A stretch of 64,000 nucleotides of DNA. Origin: the human T2T-CHM13v2.0 reference genome, Homo sapiens. Positions 15,965-35,186 of this stretch are shown piece by piece. The position numbers and the translations under genes are program-made. The notes beneath the pieces are model-generated. The model was not told where the DNA came from and made no database searches. It was given only the letters and a program-made list of their open reading frames with translations. The stretch is from assembly GCF_009914755.1 (NCBI RefSeq), contig NC_060936.1; one strand, written 5' to 3'. The first letter of the stretch is position 1. Every line of letters starts with the position of its first letter.

Positions 15965-17025
15965 AATTTTTAATTGATAAATAATTGTTGTATATATTAT
16001 ATATTTATGAAGAACGTGATGTCTTAATGTGTTTATATTACAGAATGATGAAATTGTGCTCATTAACAAACCCATCACCTCACACACCATTTTTATGTGG
16101 TGAAAATATTTAAAATCTACTCTTTCAGAAATTTTGAAATATACAATGCATTCGTATTTATTATAATTATCATCCTCTGCAATAGATCACTAAAACTTAC
16201 TCTTTCTATCTAACTGAAATTGATCCCTTTGATCAATATCCCCCTTCCCTTTTTCCCCCACCCCCCGGCCCCAGTAACCACTGTTCTCTCTGTTTCTATG
16301 AGTTCAACCTTTTTAGATTCCACGTGTAAGTGAGATCATGTGGTATTTATCTTTCTGAGCCTGCCTTATTTTACTCAGCACAGTGTCCTCCAGGCTCATC
16401 CATGTCCTTGCAAATGACAGAATTTCCTTATTTTTTTAATGGCTGTATACTATTCCTTTGTGTTGTATATATACCACACTTTTTAAAATCATTCATCTGA
16501 TGATGGGTACCCAGGCTACTGTGAATAATGCTGCCATCAACATGTGAGTACAGATAACTATTCAACATCCTGATTTTGTTTCCTTTGGCTGTGCACCCAG
16601 AAGTGGGATTGCTGGATCATATCTTCATTCTATTTTTATTTTTTTGAGGAAGCTTCGGACTGTTTTCTATAATGGCTGTACTAATTACATTCTTACCAAC
16701 AGTGCACAAGGGTTCCCCTTTCTCCATATCCTCGCCAACACTTAACTATCTTTTGTCTTTTTGGTAATAGCTATCCTAGCAGTTGTGAGGTGATAATCTC
16801 ATTGTGGTTTTGCTTTGCATCTCCCTGATGGTTAGTGATGATGAGCCTTTTTTCATGTATTTGTTGGCTATTTGTATATCTTCTTTTGAGATATGTCTAT
16901 TTAGGTCTTTTGCCCATTTTTAAATTAGGTTGTTTTCATGCTATGGAGTGGTTTCAGTTCCTTATATATTTTGGATATTAGCCCCTTATTAAATGTATGG
17001 TTTGCAGATATTTTCTCCCAATGCC
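15965..17025 (-). mobile_element. L1M 3'-end fragment
   Basis: Antisense L1 motifs CCCAGAAGTGGGATTGCTGGATCATA and CTCATTGTGGTTTTG. Confidence 0.85.
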
Positions 17026-17653
17026 ACTACCATTAAAGTATCTATACATTTTTAATCTTTTTCCTTTTTCTTTCCTCTTTTTCTTTTTTCCATAAAAACC
17101 TGTTGGCTTTTGTATGTTTATCTTGATTACAGACACTTCACCGAATTCGAAGTATTCTTATAAGTTTTTGTCTCGGATTTTGTAGGCATGGAATTATATC
17201 ATTTGCAAATAAAGATAATTTCAGGCTGGGCATGGTGGCTCACACCTGTAATCCTAGTACTTTGGGAGGCCAAGAGCATGCTACTTTTTTTTAGTTTAAA
17301 CTTTAAATTTTTATGGCTACACAATAGCTGTATATACCTACATTGCTTTTTTATTACAGAAGCTCTAGAATAAGTATGACTATTTTCCTAAGTCAGGAAT
17401 TCTACTATTTTGTTTTTCTTTTATTTTGTCAGTATTCTTATGTTTTTCAAAAAAGCACTGTCTCTTTAAAAACATATCACTTCATTGAGCTTTAAGCTAA
17501 TTTTTTTCTTATTTCTAAAGCAAAACAAAACCCAAACTCATTGTAATCCTCTTTGGAATTGCATTACATGTATATGTTCAGTTGTGAAGGCATGACATTT
17601 TATGATAGTAAATCTTATTCTGGAACATGGTATGTTGCTTCATTTTATTCGTG

Positions 17654-20702
<3,049 letters not shown>

Positions 20703-20988
20703 AAGTACAAAGTTTTATAACAAGCATATTACTTATTTTGTTGCGTTGTATTCCATTCTTTATTTTTGTCCGATTTGATCAATCAGGTTTTGAAAGAGGT
20801 GTTTTACAGTCGTTCATTCTAAGTGGGTTTTTTTCTTTTTTTTTTTGGTTTTGGTTTCAAAATCAGGTTGTCCTAGGAAATTTTGTTTTCATGCATTTGG
20901 TTGCTATAATGTTGGTTTATAAAGATTTATGTATGTCATGTATAATTTGTGAGTTTAAACTTTTTAAAATTGTATTAGTGTATTTTAG

Positions 20989-21144
<156 letters not shown>

Positions 21145-21639
21145 TAATCGGGACATAAGGCTTCTTTTTGTCCTGTTCTATGTGTTTGCCATGAATTTTG
21201 TTTTGCTTAATGTTGACTGTACTACTGTGGCTCTCGGAGAGAGGGGGCAGTTGAAAATCTTGCCAGGTGTCCTTGGGACTGGGTGTGCCTGGCTGGACGC
21301 AGAGCTGCTTGAGAGGGGCTGACTGTGGCCGGCGCTTCTGGGCCTGAGTGTGTCCTCTCCAGCTCCCCTGTGCCCACCTTTGTTTCACGCAGAACCTTCC
21401 TCAGCGGGTTCCACAGCTGAGGCTGGCCGCCTCCAAACGGGGTCCCCGCCAGTTGCAGGCTTTGAGCCATGCCTCTGCTGCTTGTCCTGGGTTCCCTTCT
21501 GCCATCACCCTCAGGAAGCCTCTTCTAGAGGAGTGTTCCAGCTGGCTCTGAGACTCTGTCTCCTGCCTCGCCGACCATCAGGCAGACTTGAGTGCATTCC
21601 CTTTACCTATTTTGTTTGGTGGCCCCGGTCTGCAAAAGA

Positions 21640-22289
21640 CCCTCCCCTCCCCCCTCCCCTCCCCCCTCCCCTCTCCCCTCCCCTCCCCTCTCCCCTCCCC
21701 TCCCCTCTCCCCTCCCCTCTCCCCTCCCCTCTCCCCTCCCCTCTCCCCTCCCCTCCCCTCTCCTCCACTCCCCTCCCCTCCCCCTCCCCTCCCCCTCCCC
21801 CTCTCCTCCCCTCCCCCTCTCCTCCCCCTCCCCCTCTCCCCTCTCCCCCTCTCCTCCCCCTCTCCCCCTCTCCCCCTCCCCCCTCCGTTCCCCTGCCTTC
21901 CCCCCTCCCCTCCCTTCCTCGCCACACCTCCCCCTCCCCCTTTCCCTCCTCCCTCCCCTCCCCCTCCCCCTCCCCTCCCTTCCCCGGCCCTCCCCCTGTC
22001 CTCTCCTCTCCTCCCCTCCCTTCTCCTCGCCTCATCCTCTCTCCTCCCCCTTCCCCCTCCCCTCCCCTCCCCCCCTCTTTGCCCCTCCTCCCTCCCCTCT
22101 CCTCCCCTCCTTTCCCCTTCCCCCTCCCTTCCCCTGCCCTCCCCCCTCCCCACTCCACCCCTCCCTTCCCCTCCCCTCCTCCCCTCTCCTTCCCCCCTCC
22201 CCTCCCTTCCCCTGCCCTCCCCACTCCCCTTCTCCCCTCCTCCCCTCTCCCCTCCCCCCTCCCCTCCCCTCTCCTCTCTTCTCTTCTTT

Positions 22290-22293
<4 letters not shown>
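21640..22293. repeat. (CCCCT)n-type polypyrimidine tract
   Basis: ~650 bp made almost entirely of C and T. Confidence 0.97.
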
Positions 22294-22964
<671 letters not shown>

Positions 22965-23182
22965 TTTGTTTTTCTTTTTCTATCCAACCTATCTTTTAAA
23001 AAATTTTATTCAGCCTTTCTCTTCAGGAAAAATCTCTTTTTATATTTCAATTGGTTTATATTCTGTTAGCCTCATCCTCCCTACCAATCCTGTTCTAACA
23101 GTGAGACAGAATCATAGTTTTCAGACTCTCCATTGCATCTTTGATTTTCTGAGCACACTTGATTCCTAGAAATAAAGAGTTC

Positions 23183-23752
23183 TGTTAAATAGAGTGAACC
23201 CCAAGTTTCTCTTCAAAGAATCAGTATGTCAGTCTGTTCAGCTTCCTGTTCTTTGATTCTCCATTTTAAAGTTTAACTTCCTGGTTCTCTTCACCCCCTT
23301 GCCTCTAGTTTCAGTAAACAACTTTCCCGCCAGTCCTAATCACTAGTTCACATCTGTTCCCCTGGTCACCTGCTCCATCCTGACTCATCTCGGTCACCTG
23401 CTTTGACCGGAGTCACCTTTAGTTACCTCTTCCTAACCGTCCTTCCCACCAAACTGCTCACCCCGCCACTCTGGCTCGTACTCCTGCTCTTTTTAAAATA
23501 GCCAGTCGGAATTAGCTTAGACTGTGTGGTCCAACCCTAGCCAATAAGGGAACGACACAGCAGTAGGGACTACCTGCCTCAGGGATAAGACCTCCTGTCC
23601 CTCCCGTGTCCAGGTATGCTCTTGCCATGGCTCCACCTGCGAGGGTCACCCTTTATGCAAAAAGTCAAAACTGCCTTGCTGAGAACATTAAATGGATGCT
23701 CGAGTGCTATTTCTCTGTGGCACTGGGGAACAAGCATTTTGCATTTCTAACA
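23183..23752 (+). mobile_element. Solo LTR, LTR10 family (ERV1/HERV-I)
   Basis: TG...CA ends; 5' TTTCTCTTCAAAGAATCAGTATGTCAG resembles the recalled LTR10 start; 4-bp TSD GTTC/GTCC. Confidence 0.75.
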
Positions 23753-23849
23753 GTCCAGGCACCAGCCTTTAAAAAAAAAATAGAAAAAAGATAGATAAAA
23801 TAGTCAATTAAAAATATAAATGCATATTTATCCACTATACTTTAAAAAT

Positions 23850-25940
23850 AGCTTTATTTAGGTATAAGTTACCTACCATAAAATTCACTCACTTTAAGTG
23901 TACTCTTCATTGAATCCTAGTAAGTATTCACCACGTGGTTGCAGAGCAGCCTTTTAGGGTGTTTTCCTCACTCTAGGGGGCCCTTGCATCCCTTTGCCAT
24001 CTTTCCCGCCTCAGGCCCAGCCCCAGGCAAGCGCTGATCTGCTGTCACGTAATTTGCCTTTTCTAGAATTCCTTATAATGGAATTAGGAGCAGTGTCCTC
24101 TTTTGTGTCTGGCTTCTTTCACTTAACTTTTTTTTAAAGATTCATTCGTCTTTTTGCATGTATCACCAGTTCATTCCTTTTTATTGCTGAATGATATTCC
24201 AAATATATTCCGTGTAGGGATAGATCGTAATTTTTTTATCCATTCACCTGTCAGTGGACATTCGGGTTGTTTCCAGTTTTTGACTCTCACATATAAGCCT
24301 AGGAGGAACACGCACTTACAAGACTTTGTGTGGACACATGCTGGCTCTTTTCCTAGGTAAGTACCTAGGAGTGGAACGGCTGGATTGTATGGCAGGTGTT
24401 TACCTTTTTAAGAAATTGCCAAACTGTTTCCCAAAGTGTGTGGACCATTTTATATTCCCCCTAGTAGTATATGAATAGGTTCCAGTTTCTCCACATCCTT
24501 AGCAGCCAGCACTTGGTATGATCGGTCTTTAGCCATCTTAGGAAGGCCTGTAGGAGCATCTCACTGTGGTTTTAATTGCATTCCCCTAATCACTAATGAA
24601 GTTGAGCATCTTTTCATGTGCTTATTTTCTATCCATTTTTCTTTGACAGTGTTTGTTGACATCTTTTGCCTGGTGAAATAAAAAAAAAAAAACCTGAGTT
24701 GGAGAATTCTAGATAGAAGTTCTGTATCAGATATGTGATTTGAAAATATTTTCTAGTCTGTGGTTATCTTAACAGTGTCTTTTCAGGAGCAGAAGTTTTA
24801 ATTTTCATGAAGCCTAATTTACCAGTTTCTTCTTGTATGAATCATGCTATTGTATCTGAAAAGTCTTTGCCTAACCCAGAATTACAAAGATCACACACAA
24901 AGATGTTTTTTCTATATTTCCTTCTAGGAAGTTTCTGGTTTTAGATTTCACATTTAGGTCTACAATCCATTTTGAAATTTTTTTGGTCTGTTGTACAAAT
25001 AATGGATGAGAGTTCATTTTTTTGCATATGGATGTCCAGCTGTTTCAGCATCATTTTTGAACACATTATCCTTTCTCCACTTTATGATCTTCGCCTCTGT
25101 TGAAAATTTATTAACCATGTATATGTGAATCTATTTCTGGCATTCTGTAAGATTGTTCCATTTCCACGCTGTCTTAATTGCTGTGGCTTTATAATACACG
25201 TTAAAGTCAGGAAATCTAAATCTTTTTGTCTTTTTCATAATTTTGGCTCTTCTAGGTTCTTTGCATTTCCTTATGAACTTTAAAATCTGCTTCTCAATTT
25301 CTGTTAAAAGCCTCTTGGGGTTTTGATTGACATTACATTCAATTTTTAGATCAATTTTGGGAGAACTGACATATTAACAATACTGAGTCTTCTGATTCAT
25401 GAGCACTATTAATGTCTTTAAAATTTTCTCTCTGCAGTGTTTTGTGGTTTTGATGTACAGGTCTTGCACATCTATCAGATTTATTCTTGAGTATTTTATA
25501 TTTTTTGAAATAATTTTTTTTTGAGACAGGGTCTTACTCTGTCTCCCAGGCTAAAGTACAGTGGCACAATTATAGCTCGCTGCAACCTCTATCTCCTGGG
25601 CTCAAGTGATCCTCCCACTATAGTCTCCCAAGTAGCTGGGACTACAGGTGTATACCACCACCCCCAGCTAATTTTTTTTTTTCTGTGGAGATGGGGTCTT
25701 ACTATGTTTCCCAGGCTGGTCTTGAATTCCTTGGTTCAAGTGATCCTTCTGCCTTGGCCTCCCAAAGTGCTGGGATTGCAGGCGTGAGCCATTGTGCCTG
25801 GCAGGATTTTCTCAGAGATGATTATTTTGCCTGAGAATGAAGGGCTTTAATCTTTTTCCCTTACAGTCTGTCTGTGTTTTATTTCTTTTTCTTGACTGAC
25901 TGTGCTGCTACAATCTCCATGTTGAGTCCAAGTACTGAGA
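23850..25940 (-). mobile_element. Old L1M fragment with an AluJ at 25515-25802
   Basis: Antisense L1 ORF2/3'UTR motifs, e.g. TTGAGCATCTTTTCATGTGCTTATT and TTTGCATATGGATGTCCAG. Confidence 0.8.
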
Positions 25941-25950
25941 GAGGATGTCC

Positions 25951-26660
25951 TGTATCAGTTCGTTCTCACACCGCTATAAAGAAATACCTGAGACTGGGTA
26001 ATTTATAAAGAAAACAGTTTTAATTGGCTCACGGTTCTGCAGGCTGTACAGAAAGCATGATGCTGGCATCTGCTCGGCTTCTGGGGAGGCCTCAGGAACT
26101 TACAATCTTGGCAGAAGGCAAAGGGGGAGTGAACACGATATGGCCAGAGCAGGAGTAAGAGAGAGAAGGGGAGGTGATGCACACTTTTTTTGTTTTAGAC
26201 AGAGTCTCACTCCATCACCCAGGCTGGAGTGCAGTGGTGTGATATTGGCTCACTACAACCTCCGCCTCCCAGGTTCAAGCGATTCTCCTGTCTCAACCTC
26301 CTGAGTAGCTAGGATTACAGGCGTGCGCCACCACGCCTGGCTAATTTTGTATTTTTAGTAGAGACGGGGTTTTGCCAAGTTGGCCAGGCTGGTCTCGAAC
26401 TCCTGACCTCAAGTGATCCACTTGCCTCGGCCTCCCAAACTGCTGGGATTACAGGCGTGAGCCACCACGCCTGGCTGGTGATACACACTTTTAAAATGAC
26501 CAGATCTCATGAGAATTCACTGTTGCGACCAAGGGGGATGGTGTAACACTATGAGAAACTGCCCCCATGATCCAGTCACCTCCCATCTGGCCCTTCCTCC
26601 AACACTGGGGATCACAATTCGACATGAGGTTTGGTGGGGACACAGATCCAAACTGTATTA
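25951..26660 (-). mobile_element. MaLR MST-type solo LTR interrupted by an Alu (26184-26476)
   Basis: GCTATAAAGAAATACCTGAGACTGGGTAATTTATAAAG signature; TSD TGTCC/CATCC, consistent with CpG decay of CGTCC. Confidence 0.85.
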
Positions 26661-26912
26661 CATCCCTTCCTTGTTTCTGTCTTAAGAGGGAAAGCTTTCA
26701 GGCTTTTACCATCGAGTATCATATTAGCTGTTGTAGCCACTGAGATTCTTTATCAGGTCGAGGAAGTTTTCTTCTTCCCAAGTTTACTATATAGAACCAG
26801 ATTTTCACCTTGGATCTGTTTTCCTTATTCCTAAAGTATGTCCTTCATTTCTTGTACTGCACATCTGCTGGTGGTGAATTCTTTCAGTTTTGTACATTTG
26901 GAAAAATCTTTG

Positions 26913-27200
26913 TCTTTTTTCTTTCTTTTTTTTTTTTTTTTAGACTAGAGTCTCACTCTGTCACTCAGGCTGGAGTGCAGTGGCCTGATCTCAGTTCACT
27001 ACAACCTCCGCCTCCCAGGGGTTCAAGCAATTCTCCTGCCTCAGCCTCCCAAGTAGCTGGGATTACAGGCGTGTGCCACCACGCCTGGCTAATTTTTGTA
27101 TTTTTAGTAGAGATGGGGTTTCGCCATGTTGGCCAGGCTGGTCTCAAACTCCCGACCTCAAGTGATCCGCCTGCTTCAGCCTCCCAAAGTGCTGGGATTC
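26913..27200 (-). mobile_element. Alu (S), 5'-truncated
   Basis: Antisense Alu ending at GCTGGGATT. Confidence 0.9.
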
Positions 27201-28354
27201 ACTCTAATACACTAAGTTCACTCTAATACGACGAATACGGATGAACTGCTGGTTGGCCTTCGCCTCCTCCAGCACGCGTTCTGATTGTTGCTGGCCTGCC
27301 TGCATGGCCCGGGGAGGGCTCCTCTTCCTTCTCCCTGCTGCAGCTCTGTTGTGCCCCCGGAGTATTCTGAGCCCGTTTTCTAGTTCCAGGCCTGCGTCAG
27401 TGTAGGGTGACAGGAAGGGTCCTCTGCTGCACTCCACCTCAGGAAAAGCACCGTCTGTGGAGGAGAATCTGAACTGAGGAGGAAGCCCTGCCCAGCAGCC
27501 TGGGGGCTCCCAGGGATGTCTGCTGCATGGAGACTGCAGAAACCTGTGGTGGGGCAGAGAGTTCCAGTTTGGCCGTGTGTTGACTGCCCTCATGCAGACT
27601 CTACCAGCGGCCAAAGCGGTGTCTGGAGACGACAGTGTGTGTGCCTAGGGCACACAGGCACGGAGACACCGCCAGCCCTTTGTGTTGTGATCAGGGCTGG
27701 CGGGAGGCTCTGACTAGGGCTGTGGGAAGGGGACGTGTGCACTGTCCTCTTTCTGAGCGTTGCTGTGGTGGGAGTCCTGTCACGGGGAGCAGTCATGGAA
27801 GAGGACCGGCCCCTCCTCCCAGGTACAAGCACAGGCTCCTGTGCACTCCGACTCGCTGTTCCCCTCATCTGGCCTCCCCAGAGCCCAGGCACTGCCTGCT
27901 AACCCCAGACCTTCTGTGGTCCACTTAGGACTCTTGCCCACCATTGGTCCTGCCGGCCGGCCCGCCCAGGCTGGGCTTTCTCAGGGGGACTCCAGCTGCC
28001 CTTCTGCCCCATGAGGAGACACTAGCTCCCTTGGCCTCATTCCCTTACTGGCAACTGAGGGTCTGGTTCTTAGAGTCCCTTATGTGTAAACATGTAAAGC
28101 TTGTGGCTGTGAGGTGTGTTTGGTAAGAACAGTCCACAGCTTTCACCAGATTCTCAGGAGTGTCAGTGGCCCCTTCCCGGTCAATAAGTTGAAGAGCCGG
28201 GGTCAGTCTGGCTGCCACTGAGGGCCAGGCTGCCTCCTTGTGTGCTTGGGTGGCCTGACTGCAAGGAGATGCTCTCACTCAGCCCTGGACACACGGTGCA
28301 GATGGTGTGGCGGGTCAGCCCCACAGGGCCACCTCCTCAGTCTTGGGTTCTCAG

Positions 28355-28558
28355 CCTCAGCTGGTTCACATTTGGGGCCAGAAGATTCCTCCTGGTGGGG
28401 CCGTGCTGTGTGTTGTAGGATGGTTAGAGACCTCCAGGCCTCTACCCACCAAATGCCAGCAGTTCTCCCACCCTTATCAGTTGTGACAACCAAAAATGCC
28501 TCCAGACATTGCCTGATGTCCCCTGCGGGCACAGTCTTCCGAAGTACAGAGCCACTGA
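28355..28558. mobile_element. MER20-like hAT fragment
   Basis: GTGACAACCAAAAATGCCTCCAGACATTGCC motif. Confidence 0.6.
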
Positions 28559-28688
28559 TCTATCTGATCTTAGAAAGAGACTGTAGTCATTGCATTTCCG
28601 TAGGAAAAGGTGTTCTGAGTTAGAAATAATGTACAAATAGTTTTTTGCCTTGTATCTTCTATGCACCTTCTAATTATTATTTTACTAG

Positions 28689-29052
<364 letters not shown>

Positions 29053-29994
29053 AGGAAAACCACTTTTTAAAAAGATGCCTTTTTTTCCGTGTGGATATAA
29101 AAATGCCACATAGTAATTAGAGAACATCTAGAAAGCATAAAAAAGTATAAAAAGGGAAAAAATCATTATAATCCACCTAACCCAGAGACCACCACCTGTG
29201 GACACATTTTGAGTCTTTTTATTACATCTTTAAAATTACATAATTTTGGATCTTGAATTTTTCCATTTAAAATCAAACATAAAGAGTGTGTTTATCAAGC
29301 ACTCTTTATAGTGGTTTTGCTGGCAAGCGTCGCTTCGTGCCTGCCTGGCTCGCCACACCTCGTGCTGGATGTGAGCTTGCACCGTTTTCACGTAAGCACT
29401 GTCTACTGTGTCCCTGAGCATCAGGCGTTAGGAGAGGCGGCTTCTGTAGTGGGTGGTATCTTTGCAGCTTTTTGAATGTTTCCCTTGAATTTCTATGAAG
29501 GTGATGATGGAAAAGACATCAGGTCTAAGCTGTCCATAAAATGCATTTGTCTGTAATACATGTCCTTCATTAAAAAACACGTGGCAGTTGGGGTCTACTG
29601 TCATGGTAGGAAGGTGGGAGCTGGACTCTCCTCCCAGCCGGGGTCAGGCCACACCTGGAGTGCCTCAGGTGCACTCTGTGCCCGTGTTTCCAGCCTGTCT
29701 CTGGAATGACTACTTCTGAACAGATTCCCTTTGCCTTTTTCTACCAGGCAGTATGCACTGAGTCCTTCAGGACAGATTAAATGATGAAAACCGTCCATCA
29801 AGTGTTCAGTCTTCATGCAGGATCACATCCGTGGAACTGATGTTTTAGCACTGGGGTTGATAGTGTCCAAGTCCCAGATTCAGGGGCAGGCTCAGGACCT
29901 GTCCACGGTGTTGGCCTATAGTGAGGCCCATGGGCCTCGGAGCCCGTGTGCCTGGAGCTGGACCATGGCTCCACCACTTCGTAGCTTGGCCCGA

Positions 29995-30953
29995 TGTGGG
30001 CAAAGGATTACCTAGGTGCCGAGGCAACAGACTGAAGGCACAAACTGTTTCAGTATAATAAAGAAAATAGTTAGAATAAGAATAGTCATAATACGAATCA
30101 GATACAGAGCTGATCATGGACAATTATCAATCATTAGTATAAACATTATTAATCATTAACTTTTAATATTACTCTGTTGCATTACTAATATAACCTAGGA
30201 ATAACCTGCGGGTATAGGGTCAGGTGCTGAAGCGACATTGTGAGAAGTGACCTAGAAGGCAAGAGGTGAGCCCTCTGTCATGCCCGCATAAGGGCCGCTT
30301 GAGGGCTCCTTGGTCAAGCGGTAACGCCAGTGTCTGGGAAGGCACCTGTTACTTAGCAGACTGTGGAAGGGAGTCTCCTTTCCTTGGAGGAGTCAGGGAA
30401 CACTCTGCTCCACCAGCTTCCTGTGGGAGGCTGGATATTCTCCAGGCCTGCCCGCAGTCATCCGGAGGCCTAAACCCCTCCCTGTGGTGCTTCAATGGTC
30501 ACACTCCTTGTCCACTTTCATGCTCCTCCTGCACTCCTGGTTCCTCTTTGGAGTTCTTAGTAGATAGCAGAAGAAGAAATAGTGGAAGTCTTAAAGTCTT
30601 TGATCTTTCTTATAAGTGCATAGAAGAAAACGCTGACATTTGCTGCCTTCCCTCTCTGCTTCAGCTACCTAAAAGGGAAGGGCCCCCTGTCGTGTGATCA
30701 CGTGACTTGCTTCACCTTGTCAATCACTTAGAAGATTCACCCTCCTTACCCTGCCCCCTCGTCCTGTATGCAATAAATATCAGCGCACCCAGCCGTTCGG
30801 GGCCACTACCGGTCTCCGCGTGTTGATGGTAGTGGTCCCCCGGGCACAGCTGCTTTCTCTTTATTTTTTTGTCTTGTGTCTTTATTTCTTACAATCTCTC
30901 GTCTCCGCACACGGGGAGAACACCCGCTAAGCCCTGTAGAGCTGGACCTTACA
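29995..30953 (+). mobile_element. Solo LTR13 (ERVK class)
   Basis: Starts TGTGGGCAAAGGATTACCTAGGTGCCGAGG and ends CTGGACCTTACA; AATAAA at 30772; degenerate TSD GCCCGA/GCCCAG. Confidence 0.85.
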
Positions 30954-31466
30954 GCCCAGGGAGCTCATTTCTCGCTGCCTCAGTGTCTCTCTGTGTAAAT
31001 GGGCTATCAATAGGAGTGACCCCATGGCATGACTGTGAAAACTAAATGAGATCACGTAAGGGGCGTAGAGAACCTTTGTGACCCTGAGCCACCGTCTGCC
31101 ACCCGCTGGGGATGCCCTGCTGTGCTGTACTTCTCTCCCTTCTCCCCCTCCCATGCTCTTCATCGCTAGCACTTTCAGCCCCTTGCGGTAGACTTGGATT
31201 AGGCAGGTATGAATACTTCAGTTCGAGAAAAGTGTGAGGCAGGGAAGCTTCCGAGCATCTCTTGCTGAGCAGATATTCTGATCTGAGCCTTTTTTGCCCT
31301 GGGTAGCAGTCTCGTGCCTGGGGTTTGCTGGGCCCGCATTGGCCCCTCCTGAGCCACCTTTCCAGACACCTGTGCAGGCTCCGAAAGGCGCCCGGGCATG
31401 GAGCTCACCTCACTCAACTCTAACTTTTCTGCATTTGTTTAGGGAGCATTTCCTGAAGACGTAGTC

Positions 31467-32750
31467 ATGCAGCACGTCAGCAGCTCCCAGAGCAGCCAGC
31501 GCCATGTCCAGTGGCCTGGGGCCTGCCCCGGCGCGGGCGAGGAGCAGCCAGCGTGCTCCCAGCCGTCCCTGCCCCTCACACTGCCATCCCCCAGCCACCA
31601 ACTACAGCAGCTGATGGTGAGAGGGGGCCCTGCGGGTGGGCAGAACATGAATGTTGACCTGCAGGGCGTGGGCCCTGGGCTCCAGGGAAGCCCACAGGTC
31701 ACGCTGGCCCCACTGCCGCTCCCCAGCCCCACCTCTCCAGGCTTCCAGTTCAGCGCTCAGCCTCGGCGGTTTGAGCATGGGTCTCCATCATACATTCAGG
31801 TCACGTCCCCCTTGTCCCAGCAGGTCCAGACCCAGAGTCCCACGCAGCCCAGTCCGGGGCCGGGGCAGGCCTTGCAGAATGTGCGTGCAGGTGCCCCTGG
31901 CCCTGGGCTGGGCCTCTGCAGCAGCAGCCCTACAGGGGACTTCGTGGATGCCAGCGTGCTGGTGAGGCAGATCAGCTTGAGCCCCTCCAGTGGTGGACAC
32001 TTTGTGTTTCAGGATGGGTCAGGGCTCACCCAGATCGCCCAGGGAGCCCAGGTTCAGCTCCAGCACCCGGGTACGCCCATCACAGTCCGAGAGCGGAGAC
32101 CCTCCCAGCCCCACACACAGTCAGGGGGCACCATCCACCACCTGGGACCCCAGAGCCCTGCAGCCGCGGGTGGGGCCGGCCTGCAGCCCCTGGCCAGCCC
32201 AAGCCACATCACCACGGCTAACTTGCCACCGCAGATCAGCAGCATCATCCAGGGCCAGCTGGTTCAGCAGCAGCAGGTGCTGCAGGGGCCGCCGCTGCCC
32301 CGGCCCCTGGGCTTCGAGAGGACGCCCGGCGTGCTGCTCCCCGGGGCTGGGGGCGCAGCGGGGTTTGGGATGACGTCCCCACCCCCGCCCACCAGCCCTT
32401 CCAGGACTGCCGTGCCCCCAGGCCTTTCCAGCCTCCCACTCACGTCTGTGGGGAACACGGGAATGAAGAAGGTTCCCAAGAAGTTAGAGGAGATTCCCCC
32501 AGCCTCTCCGGAGATGGCACAGATGAGGAAGCAGTGCCTGGACTATCATCACCAGGAGATGCAGGCTCTGAAGGAGGTCTTCAAGGAGTATTTGATTGAA
32601 CTGTTTTTCTTGCAACACTTTCAAGGGAACATGATGGATTTCTTAGCTTTCAAGGAGAGACTGTATGGACCATTACAAGCATATCTTAGGCAGAATGATT
32701 TGGACATTGAAGAAGAGGAAGAGGAGCACTTTGAAGTCATTAATGATGAG
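31467..32750 (+). CDS. EP400P1: EP400NL/EP400P1 coding exon 2 (EP400 N-terminal-like, 428 codons)
   Basis: Acceptor ttgtttag at 31442; ATG in GTCATGC context at 31467; open to donor GAG|GTAACA at 32751. Protein contains EP400 N-terminal motifs ([45 protein letters not shown]). Confidence 0.92.
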
Positions 32751-33259
32751 GTAACAGTTCTTTGTTTTGGTGCTTGTCATGGGAGGCAGAGCTCAGGGCT
32801 TATGCTGCGTGCAGGTGCAACGCAGAGCTTACCATCTCAGAGCATGCGTTCTAGGCACTTCACTTTAAAGACACACTGTGGCTGTGAATAGTGGTTTAAA
32901 GTCCCTCAGAGTCTCCCCACATTTACAGAGGGTGGTTCCAGGGATCCCAGCACATGGCTGAACCCCCAGCAGCATGGAAACTCCAGTGGTGTTCAGTCAG
33001 GCACCTCTGTGGCAGGTGCTCACGGCGGCAGCGTCCTGGCACCTTTCTTGGAATGCCACCACATTTGCCTGCTCCTAAACGGTTGTGCCGTGCAAGATGA
33101 GAACCCCAGAGTCCACCCTTGCCAGCTGCCTGCAGTCAGGGCTGGCTGGTCTCAAAGCCAAGATTCCAAGTTCCTGAACACACATCTCAATGTCAAGAGT
33201 TTCTGAACAAGTTACAGCTCTAACTTAGAATATACAGAGCAAAAATTTATAGAATTTCA

Positions 33260-35186
<1,927 letters not shown>

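Noticed and set aside
27198-27240. TAATACGAC resembling a T7 promoter; short TTCACTCTAATAC duplication
   Set aside because: Only 9 nt match and no vector context; the short duplication sits at an Alu truncation point.
32751-32891. C-terminal 46 aa of the 474-aa ORF
   Set aside because: Intron read-through beyond the GT donor; EP400 similarity resumes at 36013.
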